Positions 19,467 to 28,285 of a stretch of DNA of 32,000 nt are shown here, piece by piece. The notes beneath the pieces were generated by a model that worked only from the letters and a program-made list of their open reading frames with translations, did not search any database and had not been told where the DNA came from. This DNA comes from Halotalea alkalilenta DSM 17697 (GTDB lineage Bacteria; Pseudomonadota; Gammaproteobacteria; Pseudomonadales; Halomonadaceae), in assembly GCF_000621205.1 (NCBI RefSeq), contig NZ_JHYY01000021.1:106719-138718 (forward strand). Direction: 5' to 3'. The translations under genes were made by a program, and so were the position numbers. Within the stretch, counting starts at the first letter, position 1. Every line of letters begins with the position of its first letter.

Positions 19467-20078
19467 ATGACCCTCGCTTCGCGCCGCCACTGGGTGTTCG
19501 ACATGGATGGCACCCTCACCCTCGCGGTCCACGACTTCCCGGCGATCCGTCGCGCGCTGGATATCCCTGAGAATGCCGATATCCTCGGCCACCTAGCCTC
19601 GCTGCCAGCGCAAGAGTCACGCGCCAAGCATGCCTGGCTGCTCGAACATGAGCGCGAGCTCGCCGGCATCTCGCGTCCTGCGCCGGGTGCGGTGGCGCTG
19701 GTGCGACAGCTGCGGGACCAGGGTTGCGAGCTCGGTATTCTCACCCGCAACGCACGCGAGCTGGCCTGGGTCACCCTACGCGCCATCGGCCTGGACGACT
19801 GCTTCACTCCCGCCGAAGTGCTCGGGCGCGACGAAGCGAAGCCGAAACCCGACCCCGATGGCCTCTACAGGCTCGCCGCGCTCTGGAATACAGCGCCTGA
19901 ACGGCTGGTGATGGTCGGCGACGGCGTCCACGATCTCGACGCCGGTCGCCGCGCGGGGGCCTACACCGTGCTGGTCAACCGCGCCGAAGGACACGATCCG
20001 CGCAGCACCCCGCCCTGGCCCGAGCTGGTCGACCTGGAAGTGCGCGACTGCGCTGCGCTGCGCGCTCGGCTCGCTTAA
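19467..20078 (+). CDS. HAD-superfamily hydrolase (phosphatase)
   Basis: Motif I is DMDGTL, and motifs II-IV are also present (LTRN, KPDP, GDGVHD). Confidence 0.8.
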   Translation: MTLASRRHWVFDMDGTLTLAVHDFPAIRRALDIPENADILGHLASLPAQESRAKHAWLLEHERELAGISRPAPGAVALVRQLRDQGCELGILTRNARELAWVTLRAIGLDDCFTPAEVLGRDEAKPKPDPDGLYRLAALWNTAPERLVMVGDGVHDLDAGRRAGAYTVLVNRAEGHDPRSTPPWPELVDLEVRDCAALRARLA

Positions 20079-20156
20079 AATACATAGTCGTTCGAGGCCA
20101 TCCTCGGCTCATCGATCTAACCTGGAGTCTCACCCATCGACCCAGGAGCCTCATCG

Positions 20157-21494
20157 ATGCACTCATCGCTCACCCGCCGTCGCTTCACCACCCTGCTCGG
20201 CGCAGGCCTGGCCGCTGGCGCCCTACCGCTGTCCTGGGCCGACGATCACAGCGCTGGGCGCACCGTACTACTGAACCTGCGCCCGTTCGACGGCGAGCGC
20301 ATGGGCCCGCCCTCGGCGCTGCTGGTCGAAGGCCAGCGGATCGTCGCGATCGCGCCGATGGAGCGGTTCGAGATCCCCGCGGATGCCCGCCGGATCGACT
20401 ACCAGGGCCGCTGGGTCATGCCCGGCCTGGTCTGCGATCATGCCCACGTCGGCCTGGTCAGCGGCACTGAGCAAGGGCGACGGTTCTTCACCACCGACAA
20501 CGCGATCGCCTCGCTTCGACGCTTCCAGCGCTTCGGCGTCACCTCGGTGATGTCGTTGGGCATGACCCCGACCCCTGACCCCGAGGACCTCGCGCGGCTG
20601 CGCGACGATCCGGCCAGCGGCGCGGCCTTCTTCACCGGCGGCCCGGGCATCTACGCCCCGGATGGTCTGTCGCCGCGCCCGCAGGACGCCGAGCAAGCGC
20701 GTCAAGCGGTACGTGAGCTGGCGCAGCAGCCCATCGATATGTTCAAACTGTGGGTAGATCGCTTCGGCGATGTGCCGCCCATGAGTCCAGAGAGCTATCG
20801 CGCCGCGATCGACGAAGCGCACGCGCTGGGCTATCGGGTCGCGGGCCACGTCCGTGCCCTCGAACACGCCAAGGGTCTGATCGATGCGGGCGTCGACGTG
20901 ATCGCCCACGGAGTGCGCGATCGCGAGGTCGACGACGATTTCATCCGTACGCTGCAGGAGAGCGGTACCTGGTACATCCCTACCTTGCATCTCGACGAGG
21001 CGACCTTCCTGTTCGCTGACGAGCCCGAGCGGCTCGAGGATCCTTTCCTGCTCGCCGCGCTCGATCCCGCGATGCGCGAACGCTTCGGCAACGCCGAGTG
21101 GCGGCGCGAGCAAGCGGCAAGCGCAGAGGCGGCCGAAGCGCGACGAAACCTGGCCATGAACCTCACCAACATGGGCAGACTGATCGAAGCAGGGGGCGTT
21201 CGTTTCGGCTTCGGCACCGATGCCGGCGCCTTTCCCCACCGCCTGCCGGGATTCGCCGAGCATCGCGAGCTCGAGCTGCTGGTACGGGCGGGGATGTCCG
21301 CACCGAAGGCGCTCGATACCGCCACCCGTCAAGCTAGCGCGCTGCTGGGACAAGACGACCGCGGCCGGCTCGCCCCAGGCACGCGCGCGGACCTGGTGGT
21401 GCTCGATGCCGACCCTCTCGAGGCCATCGTCAACAGCCGGCGCATCCATGCCGTCTGGCAGCAGGGCCGGCAGGTCTCAACGGCAAGCGCCTGA
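20157..21494 (+). CDS. Secreted metal-dependent amidohydrolase-family protein
   Basis: The N-terminus is a twin-arginine-like signal (LTRRRFTTLLGAGLAAGALPLSWA). A metal-binding HxH motif (DHAHV) is present, and the C-terminal region is typical of amidohydrolases (GTDAG). Confidence 0.8.
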   Translation: MHSSLTRRRFTTLLGAGLAAGALPLSWADDHSAGRTVLLNLRPFDGERMGPPSALLVEGQRIVAIAPMERFEIPADARRIDYQGRWVMPGLVCDHAHVGLVSGTEQGRRFFTTDNAIASLRRFQRFGVTSVMSLGMTPTPDPEDLARLRDDPASGAAFFTGGPGIYAPDGLSPRPQDAEQARQAVRELAQQPIDMFKLWVDRFGDVPPMSPESYRAAIDEAHALGYRVAGHVRALEHAKGLIDAGVDVIAHGVRDREVDDDFIRTLQESGTWYIPTLHLDEATFLFADEPERLEDPFLLAALDPAMRERFGNAEWRREQAASAEAAEARRNLAMNLTNMGRLIEAGGVRFGFGTDAGAFPHRLPGFAEHRELELLVRAGMSAPKALDTATRQASALLGQDDRGRLAPGTRADLVVLDADPLEAIVNSRRIHAVWQQGRQVSTASA

Positions 21495-21531
21495 AACACC
21501 AAAAACGAGCGACGAACGGGGTTCCAAGTCC

Positions 21532-22815
21532 TCAGCCGCGCGAGGCCAAGGGCGCATCGCCCTGGACGGCGACCGGCTCGCCGCCGCCGAACAGCAGCCG
21601 CACGGAGTCGACGGTGCGGGAGATGAACCCGCCCTCGGCCACCGGCTCGACCGCATAGAGCGCACCGCTCGCGACTACCCGCTCGCCGAGCAGCACCCGA
21701 TAGCTGCCCACCGCCTCGCCCGCGTTGACCGGCGCCAGCAGCGGCGCGCGCGCGCCGACCAGCTCGCTGCGCAACGTCTTCGGGTCGATATCGTCCGGCA
21801 GCGACAGCACCAGGTCGTGGTCGGTGGCCACGCCGAGCCGGTCGCTCGCACCCTTCCAGACCGGCAGGTCGCCGAACGGTACCCCGGCACGGGCGAGCTG
21901 GACGTTATGGAAACGGCTATAGCCGTAGTCGAGCAGGACCTTCGCATCGTCGAAGCGACGCAGGTCGCTGTCCGCGCCCAGCACTACCGCGAACATCCGC
22001 CGCGACCCGCCGTTTACTTGAGGCCGCTTGGCCGAGGCGATCACACAGTAGCCGGCGGCCGAGGTATAGCCGGTCTTGAGCCCGTCCACGCTGCGGTCGT
22101 CGCCGCCGACCATCAGGTTGGTCGCGTGCTTGACGAACTGGCCGTGGCGAAAGACCGGCTCGGCGGAGATCTGGTAGTAGCCCGGGAATTCACGGGTCAG
22201 CGCCAGCGCCAGTCGACCGAGATCGCGCGCGGTCGAGTAGTGCCCCGGCGCGGTGATCCCGGAGACGTTGGCGAACCGGGTATCGCGCATGCCGAGCCGC
22301 GCCGCCTCCTGGTTCATCTCGGCGACGAAACGAGGGATATCGCCCGCCTGCGCCACCGCCAGGGTGATCGCCGCATCGTTGGCCGAGGCAATGATCAGCC
22401 CACGCATCAGCGTGGCGATGCTGATTCGCTCGCCGGGCACCAGGTACATCTTGGACTCGTCGCCGGCGACCTCACGCACCGCCTGCGGCACGGTCACCGT
22501 ATCATCCCAATCGAGGCGGCCCGCCTCGATCGCACGGAACACCACGAAGGTGGTCATCAGCTTGGTCAGCGAAGCCATCGACCGGCGCCGATCGGCATCA
22601 TGCTCGGCCAGCACCTGGCCTGAATCGCCATCGAGCAGCAGCCAGGAGGGCGCCTCGACGCCGCTCGGCGGCGCCACGGCCTGCGCCGGCATGGCTTGGA
22701 CCAGGCCGAAGATCGAAAGCCAACCCACCAGCACCACGCGGATCAAGGCGGATGAACGGGAGATAATCGACGGCGACGACGATGCGAGCGGAGCGGAAGA
22801 GATCGAGCGAAACAT
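21532..22815 (-). CDS. D-alanyl-D-alanine carboxypeptidase (PBP5/6 class, peptidase S11)
   Basis: Signal peptide present. The active-site motifs SLTK (SxxK), SAN (SxN) and KTG are all present, together with a C-terminal PBP5 domain. Confidence 0.9.
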   Translation of the reverse strand: MFRSISSAPLASSSPSIISRSSALIRVVLVGWLSIFGLVQAMPAQAVAPPSGVEAPSWLLLDGDSGQVLAEHDADRRRSMASLTKLMTTFVVFRAIEAGRLDWDDTVTVPQAVREVAGDESKMYLVPGERISIATLMRGLIIASANDAAITLAVAQAGDIPRFVAEMNQEAARLGMRDTRFANVSGITAPGHYSTARDLGRLALALTREFPGYYQISAEPVFRHGQFVKHATNLMVGGDDRSVDGLKTGYTSAAGYCVIASAKRPQVNGGSRRMFAVVLGADSDLRRFDDAKVLLDYGYSRFHNVQLARAGVPFGDLPVWKGASDRLGVATDHDLVLSLPDDIDPKTLRSELVGARAPLLAPVNAGEAVGSYRVLLGERVVASGALYAVEPVAEGGFISRTVDSVRLLFGGGEPVAVQGDAPLASRG

Positions 22816-22903
22816 GCGGCTACCGGCCTGGGGGGCATGACGCGCCCCGTGAATGGAGCGCGCATCATAGCCTTCGCCTCGGCCTCCAGCGACCCCGAAA
22901 GGC

Positions 22904-23716
22904 TCAGCTCAGGTGGGCAGCGAGGCGATCGCGGCGCTCGAGCAGGAAGGGCAGGAAGCGCTCGGTAAGGGTCTGCATGTCGACCCTGGAAGCGTTGGTG
23001 CTCAGGTTGATCGCCCCGAGCAGCCTCCCCCCCGCGGTGCGCAGCGGTACGGCCAGCGAACGCAGGCCGGAGTCGAGCTCCTGGTCGACGATGCAGTAGC
23101 CCAGCCCGCGAGCCTCGAGGATCCGTTCGCGCAGACGCGCTCGGTCGGTGATGGTGTTCGAGGTGTAGGTCTTGAGTTCGAGCCCCGCCAGCCGGGCGTC
23201 GAGAGATTCGTCGTCGAGGCATGCGAGCAGCATGCGTCCCATCGAGGTCGCCGCCGCCGGCAACCGGGTGCCGACCGAGAGCGAAATCGCCATCAGCCGC
23301 TGTTTTGAAGCCGAGCGCGCGGCGTAGACCACGTCGTCACCGTCGAGTACGCCGAGCGAGGAGGATTCACCGAGCGCCTCGGTGATCTCCTCCAGCGCTT
23401 GCTGCACCGCACCGAGATAATCGTTGGCGGAAAGAAAGGAGTAACCGAGCGAAAGCACCTTGGGCGCCAGCTCGAAGTAGCGATGGCGCTTCACCACATA
23501 GCCAAGCGAGTGCAGGGTGAGCAGAAAGCGCCGGGCGCGGGCGCGGTTCATCCCGGTACGCTCGGCGACCTCGGAGAGCGTCATGCTGCGATGCAGCTCA
23601 TCGAAGGCGGTAATCACTTCCAGGCCGCTGGCGAGCGCAGTGACGAAATCGCGATCGTCGGGGCTCAAGCCCCCTTCTCCGCCCGACAGGGAGGGCTGCT
23701 GCGTATCGGACGACAT
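22904..23716 (-). CDS. pcaR: IclR-family transcriptional regulator of the pca genes (PcaR/PcaU-like)
   Basis: It has an IclR N-terminal helix-turn-helix (MTLSEVAERTGMNRARARRFLLTL) and an IclR effector domain, and it is divergent from pcaB. I chose the start at 23716 because GAGG lies 6 nt upstream. Alternative starts are 23722 and 23785. Confidence 0.85.
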   Translation of the reverse strand: MSSDTQQPSLSGGEGGLSPDDRDFVTALASGLEVITAFDELHRSMTLSEVAERTGMNRARARRFLLTLHSLGYVVKRHRYFELAPKVLSLGYSFLSANDYLGAVQQALEEITEALGESSSLGVLDGDDVVYAARSASKQRLMAISLSVGTRLPAAATSMGRMLLACLDDESLDARLAGLELKTYTSNTITDRARLRERILEARGLGYCIVDQELDSGLRSLAVPLRTAGGRLLGAINLSTNASRVDMQTLTERFLPFLLERRDRLAAHLS

Positions 23717-23814
23717 GGGCATCCTCGCTTGTCTGTTATCTGCTCGCGCGAACCAGCGAACGCCTTTCACCCCGTTCGTGGGCAAGGCCTCGATGCGCCC
23801 GACCCTAGCATAGA

Positions 23815-23829
23815 GTTCGCATGGCGTAC
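23815..23829 (+). promoter_or_regulatory. Candidate PcaR box 1 (pcaR/pcaB divergent region)
   Basis: GTTCGCATGGCGTAC shares the 8-mer GTTCGCAT with boxes 2 and 3 and the pattern GTTCGCAT-GCGTA with box 3. It overlaps the palindrome GTACAccTGTAC (23826-23837). Confidence 0.45.
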
Positions 23830-23928
23830 ACCTGTACTCATTACCTATCCGAGCATCTGCCGCTAAGGCACTATTGTGCTATCCCCTCGCCCCCACTTTC
23901 TCTAGCAGGCTCCAATGGAGGTCACCCC

Positions 23929-25095
23929 ATGACCAGCCATGTCCATCTTCTTTCACGCCCACTGATGAGCGCAGCGGCTCTCGAGCATTTCAGCGCCGAA
24001 GCGCTGGTAGGCGCGATGCTGCGCTTCGAGCTCGAGCTCGCTGGCGCAGAGGAGCTCGCCGGCGAGCTGCCCGAAGGCAGCCAGGCCGCGCTTGCGCGCC
24101 ACCTCGAAGGACACCGCTTCGACATCTTGCGACTCGAGGAGGAGATCCAGCGCGGCGGCAACGTGGCGATTCCCTTCGTCCGCCAGGCCAAGGAAGCGTT
24201 GCCCGAGCCGCTGCGCAAGGTTTTTCATCTCGCCGCCACCAGTCAGGACGTGCTCGACAGCGCGCTGATGCAGCTCACCCAGGCACGATTGCCGCTGCTG
24301 CTCGCGCTCATCGCCCGGGTCGAGCGGGCGCTGGCGCAATTGATCGAGAGCGAAACCGACACCTTGATGATCGGCCGCACGCTGATGCAGCAGGCGCTGC
24401 CGATCAGCTTCGGGGTCAAGGCTGCCCAATGGGCGCTGGGACTCGACCAGGCCGCGGGCCGCCTGGCCGCGATCGAGCAGAAGCGGCTGCCGGTGCAGTT
24501 CGGCGGGCCGGTCGGAATGCTCGAAGGACTCGAGAATGGTCCCGCGGTGATGGACGCACTCGCCGCTCGCCTCGGCCTTCATGCCCCGGCGCTGCCTTGG
24601 CATACCGATCGCCAGCCGGTTCACGCGCTGGCCACCGGTATCGACGCGGTGGCCGGCGCGCTCGAGAAGTTCGCCCTCGACATCTCGCTGCTGACCCAGA
24701 GCGAGATCGGCGAAGTCCGCGAGCCCGGCGGCAAGGGCGTGGGGGAATCCTCCTCGATGCCGCACAAGCGCAACCCGGTGCGCTGCGCGCTGATCATCGC
24801 CGCCGCGCGCCAGATCCACGGGCTGAGCCGGGTCGTCACCGATGCCTGCGCCCAGCCGCTGGAGCGCGGACTCGGCCAGTGGCACGCCGAGTGGGCACCG
24901 CTGATCGAGCTCCAGGCGCTGCTCGAAGGAGCATTGGAACATGCCGCCACCCTGGCCGAAGGACTCGAGCTCGACCGCGAAGCGATGCGCACCAACCTCG
25001 CCGCCGCCGGCCACGCCGACGCGGGAAGCAGCGACAACGCCAGGCTGCTGTGCCAGCGCGCACTCAAGGCCCTGCATCGTTCGCCCCAGTGCTGA
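23929..25095 (+). CDS. pcaB: 3-carboxy-cis,cis-muconate cycloisomerase
   Basis: Fumarate-lyase superfamily member with the signature GESSSMPHKRNP. A GGAGG ribosome-binding site lies 7 nt upstream of the ATG at 23929. At 388 aa it is shorter at the C-terminus than the roughly 450-aa Pseudomonas-type enzyme. Confidence 0.85.
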   Translation: MTSHVHLLSRPLMSAAALEHFSAEALVGAMLRFELELAGAEELAGELPEGSQAALARHLEGHRFDILRLEEEIQRGGNVAIPFVRQAKEALPEPLRKVFHLAATSQDVLDSALMQLTQARLPLLLALIARVERALAQLIESETDTLMIGRTLMQQALPISFGVKAAQWALGLDQAAGRLAAIEQKRLPVQFGGPVGMLEGLENGPAVMDALAARLGLHAPALPWHTDRQPVHALATGIDAVAGALEKFALDISLLTQSEIGEVREPGGKGVGESSSMPHKRNPVRCALIIAAARQIHGLSRVVTDACAQPLERGLGQWHAEWAPLIELQALLEGALEHAATLAEGLELDREAMRTNLAAAGHADAGSSDNARLLCQRALKALHRSPQC

Positions 25096-25288
25096 TGGCA
25101 GCAGCAAACGGAAGCCGAAAAATCCTAGACCTTGGTCGTAACCAGCCCGCCCCTATGCTTCCCCTCACCGAGCCTGGGAGGACGCCAACAGTCTGATAAT
25201 CATCGGATTTATGTATTCCTCGCGGCGATGGTGGGAAACCGCGGCCGGCCGAGGGCGAATTGATTTTCGCCAGCGCCGGGCATAGCTT

Positions 25289-25322
25289 GTTCGCATATCA
25301 AATATTTGTTCACCAAACGAAT
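25289..25322 (+). promoter_or_regulatory. Candidate PcaR box 2 plus a degenerate repeat (promoter region of the pca catabolic operon)
   Basis: GTTCGCATATCAAAT lies at 25289-25303. A related GTTCACCAAACGAAT lies at 25308-25322, 19 bp downstream. They flank a perfect 10-bp palindrome CAAATATTTG (25299-25308). The region is 30-60 bp upstream of the first operon gene. Confidence 0.45.
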
Positions 25323-25350
25323 ACATCCACCACGCTGCGCCGAAGGAGCC

Positions 25351-26199
25351 ATGTCCATGGCCGAATTCCTGAGCCTCGAGGAGGCGATCTCCCGCTACGT
25401 CGAAGACGGCGCGACGGTCGCCCTCGAAGGTTTCACCCACTTGATCCCCTACGCCGCCGGTCACGAGATCATTCGCCAGGGCAGGCGCGAACTGACCCTG
25501 ATGCGGATGACGCCGGACATCCTCTACGACCAGATGATCGGCATGGGCTGCGCGAGGAAGCTGATCTTCTCCTGGGGCGGCAACCCTGGCGTCGGTTCGC
25601 TGCACCGCATGCGCGATGCGGTCGAGCGCGGCTACCCGCGCCCGCTCGAGCTGCTCGAGCACAGCCACGCGGCCATGGCCCATGCCTACGAGGCCGGTGC
25701 CGCCGGCCTGCCGCTGGCGGTGATGCGCGGCTACATCGGCAGCGACCTGCCCCAGGTCAATCCCGATATCCGCCATATCGAGTGTCCGTTCACCGGCGAG
25801 AAGCTCGCTGCGATCCCCTCCAACCGGCCGGACGTGGCGATCATCCATGCCCAGAAGGCCGACCGGGCCGGCAACGTGCTGGTCGAGGGCATCATCGGGG
25901 TACAGAAGGAGGCGGTGCTCGCCGCCCGCGTCGCGCTGGTCACCGTCGAGGAGCGAGTCGACGAGCTGGACACCCACCCCAACGCGTGTGTACTGCCGGC
26001 CTGGACGATCGACGCGATCAGCGTGGTGCCGCGCGGCGCCTGGCCCTCCTATGCCCACGGCTACTACGCCCGCGACAACGGTTTCTACAAGAGCTGGGAT
26101 GCGATCGCCCGCGACCGCGACGCGTTCGCCGCCTGGATGCGGGAACACGTGATCGAGCCCCAGTCCGCCGAACGATCCACCATCGGGAGCCCGTCATGA
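25351..26199 (+). CDS. pcaI: 3-oxoadipate:succinyl-CoA transferase subunit A, glutaconate-CoA-transferase (GctA)-like type
   Basis: 282-aa family I CoA-transferase alpha subunit of the long GctA-like form. An AAGGAG ribosome-binding site lies at 25343-25348. The function is assigned from its operon position ahead of pcaF, pcaL and pcaHG. Confidence 0.75.
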   Translation: MSMAEFLSLEEAISRYVEDGATVALEGFTHLIPYAAGHEIIRQGRRELTLMRMTPDILYDQMIGMGCARKLIFSWGGNPGVGSLHRMRDAVERGYPRPLELLEHSHAAMAHAYEAGAAGLPLAVMRGYIGSDLPQVNPDIRHIECPFTGEKLAAIPSNRPDVAIIHAQKADRAGNVLVEGIIGVQKEAVLAARVALVTVEERVDELDTHPNACVLPAWTIDAISVVPRGAWPSYAHGYYARDNGFYKSWDAIARDRDAFAAWMREHVIEPQSAERSTIGSPS

Positions 26200-27050
26200 G
26201 CGATACCGTACCAGTCCGCGACGGCGCCGACGCCGCGCTCGACTACAGCTTCGAGGAGATGATGACCGTCACCGCCGCGCGCGCGCTCGGCAACGGCACC
26301 ACCTGCTTCGTCGGCATCGGCCTGCCCAGCCAGGCGGCCAATCTCGCCCGGCTCACCCATGCCCCCGAGGTGGTGCTGATCTACGAATCGGGCACGGTGC
26401 AGACCAGGCCCGAGGTGCTGCCACTGTCGATCGGCGACGGCGAGCTGTGCGAGACCGCGCTGACCACCGTCTCGGTACCCGAGATGTTCCGCTACTGGCT
26501 GCAGGGCGGGCGGATCGACGTCGGCTTCCTCGGCGCCGCCCAGGTCGACCGCTACGCCAACCTCAACTCGACATTGATCGGCGACTACCGCAACCCCAAG
26601 GTGCGCCTGCCCGGCGGCGGCGGGGCGCCGGAGATCGGCACCCACTCGCGCGAGGTGTTCATCATGCTCAAGCACTCCAAGCGCACCTTCGTTCGCGACG
26701 TCGATTTCATCACCACGCTCGGCTTCGGCCGCGACGGCCAGGCGCGCGCGCAACTTCCCCCGCAGACCGCCAGCCACGTAGGTCGAGGTCCGACCAAGGT
26801 GATCACCGACCTGTGCGTGCTCGCCCCCGAGGCCGGCAGCAACGAACTGGTGGTCGTATCGATCCATCCGGGCGTCAGCCGCGATCGGATCCGCGATGCC
26901 ACCGGCTGGGAGATTCGCTTCTCCGACCGGGTCGAGGTCACGCCGGCGCCGGACGCCCGCTCGCTGGAGGCGCTGCGCGCGCTGAAGGCGCGCACCGAGG
27001 CGCACCACGACAGCGCCCAGGCGGATTTCACCGCCAGCGCCAAGGAGTGA
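26196..27050 (+). CDS. pcaJ: 3-oxoadipate:succinyl-CoA transferase subunit B, GctB-like type
   Basis: 284-aa beta subunit. The motif LIYESGTV holds the probable catalytic Glu (an ESG/ENG-type motif). Its start overlaps the subunit A stop codon (ATGA at 26196-26199). Confidence 0.75.
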   Translation: MSDTVPVRDGADAALDYSFEEMMTVTAARALGNGTTCFVGIGLPSQAANLARLTHAPEVVLIYESGTVQTRPEVLPLSIGDGELCETALTTVSVPEMFRYWLQGGRIDVGFLGAAQVDRYANLNSTLIGDYRNPKVRLPGGGGAPEIGTHSREVFIMLKHSKRTFVRDVDFITTLGFGRDGQARAQLPPQTASHVGRGPTKVITDLCVLAPEAGSNELVVVSIHPGVSRDRIRDATGWEIRFSDRVEVTPAPDARSLEALRALKARTEAHHDSAQADFTASAKE

Positions 27051-27054
27051 AGGG

Positions 27055-28284
27055 ATGAACGATGCCTATATCTGCACCCCGCTGCGCTCGGCCATCGGCC
27101 GCTTCGGCGGCACGCTCGCCGCAGTGCGTCCGGACGATCTCGCCGCACGGCTGATCGAGGCCGTGCTGGCCGAAAATCCCCGGCTCGACCCGCAAGCGAT
27201 CGAGGATGTGATCTTCGGCTGCGCCAACCAGGCTGGGGAGGACAATCGCAGCGTGGCGCGGATGGCCGCGCTGCTCGCGGGGCTGCCGACCAGCGTGCCG
27301 GGCACCACGGTCAACCGGCTGTGTGGCTCAAGCCTGGATGCGATCGGCTATGCCGCGCGGACGATCTTCTCCGGCGAGGCGGAGCTCCTGCTGGTCGGCG
27401 GAGTCGAATCGATGTCCCGCGCTCCCTATGTGATGGGCAAGGCGCAAAGCGCCTTCGGCCGCGACCAGCGGATCGAGGACACCACCATCGGCTGGCGCTT
27501 CGTCAATCCGAAGATGGAGGCCGCCTACGGGGTCGACTCGATGCCCGAGACCGCCGAGAACGTCGCCCAGCAGTTCGGCATCTCGCGCGCGGACCAGGAC
27601 GCCTTCGCACTGCGCTCGCAGCAGAAGACCGCCGCCGCCCAGGAGAGCGGACGGCTGGCGCGTGAGATCGTGGCGGTCGAAATCCCCCGCCGCAAGCAGG
27701 ATCCGCTGCGCTTCGAGATCGACGAGCACCCGCGCGCCGACACTACCCTGGAAAAGCTCGCCAGGCTTCCCGCCCCGTTTCGCGCCGAAGGCGGCAGCGT
27801 GACTGCCGGCAACGCCTCGGGGGTCAACGATGGCGCGGTGGCGATGCTGCTGGCCTCCCGGCGGGCAGTGACGAAGCACGGGCTGAAGCCGATCGCCAAG
27901 GTGCTCGGTGTCGCCGTGGCCGGGGTCGAGCCGCGGATCATGGGCATCGGCCCGGTGCCGGCGACCCGCAAGCTGCTCGCGCGGCTGGGTCTCTCGATCG
28001 AGCGGATGGACGTGATCGAACTCAACGAAGCCTTCGCCGCCCAGGCGCTGGCCTGCCTGCGCGAGCTCGGCATCGATGACGACGATCCCAGGGTCAACCC
28101 CAACGGCGGCGCGATTGCGCTCGGCCACCCGCTCGGCATGTCCGGCGCGCGGCTGGTCGCTACCGCCGCTCATCAGCTCGAGCAGGGCGGCGGGCGCTAT
28201 GCGCTGTGCACCATGTGCATCGGCGTCGGCCAGGGGATCGCTGCGGTGATCGAGCGGGTCGACGGCCGTCCAGAGGAGCTATGA
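27055..28284 (+). CDS. pcaF: 3-oxoadipyl-CoA thiolase
   Basis: 409-aa thiolase with the active-site Cys in [10 protein letters not shown] and the C-terminal motifs GHPLG and CIGVGQG. The pca operon context supports the assignment. Confidence 0.9.
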   Translation: MNDAYICTPLRSAIGRFGGTLAAVRPDDLAARLIEAVLAENPRLDPQAIEDVIFGCANQAGEDNRSVARMAALLAGLPTSVPGTTVNRLCGSSLDAIGYAARTIFSGEAELLLVGGVESMSRAPYVMGKAQSAFGRDQRIEDTTIGWRFVNPKMEAAYGVDSMPETAENVAQQFGISRADQDAFALRSQQKTAAAQESGRLAREIVAVEIPRRKQDPLRFEIDEHPRADTTLEKLARLPAPFRAEGGSVTAGNASGVNDGAVAMLLASRRAVTKHGLKPIAKVLGVAVAGVEPRIMGIGPVPATRKLLARLGLSIERMDVIELNEAFAAQALACLRELGIDDDDPRVNPNGGAIALGHPLGMSGARLVATAAHQLEQGGGRYALCTMCIGVGQGIAAVIERVDGRPEEL

Positions 28285-28285
28285 G

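Noticed and set aside
21220-22623. 467-aa (+) ORF and the 393-aa (-) ORF at 20268-21449
   Set aside because: They are antisense to the D-Ala-D-Ala carboxypeptidase gene and the amidohydrolase gene respectively. Both of those genes carry catalytic motifs, whereas the antisense translations are low-complexity.
23774-23788. GTTCGTGGGCAAGG as an additional PcaR box 41 bp upstream of box 1
   Set aside because: It shares only GTTCG with the other boxes. It may be a weak half-site, but this cannot be supported by eye.
23929-25095. Short PcaB (388 aa) as a truncated pseudogene
   Set aside because: The N-terminus, the catalytic signature and most of the lyase fold are intact, and the frame ends at a clean stop codon. 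Short PcaB forms of about 350-400 aa exist in other proteobacteria, as far as I recall. The following 255 bp show no PcaB-like continuation in any frame.
23874-25196. 440-aa alternative-frame (+) ORF and 384-aa antisense ORF (23953-25107) over pcaB
   Set aside because: The pcaB frame contains the fumarate-lyase signature GESSSMPHKRNP and has a GGAGG ribosome-binding site. The alternative frames are Arg/Pro/Ala-rich artefacts.
25165-27148. Antisense ORFs (327 aa, 307 aa, 187 aa) and the long 596-aa (+) ORF 25260-27050 over the CoA-transferase genes
   Set aside because: Only the C-terminal 284 aa of the 596-aa ORF, from the ATG at 26196, look like a CoA-transferase beta subunit. Its upstream part is out of frame with the genuine subunit A gene. 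The antisense ORFs lack any recognisable features.
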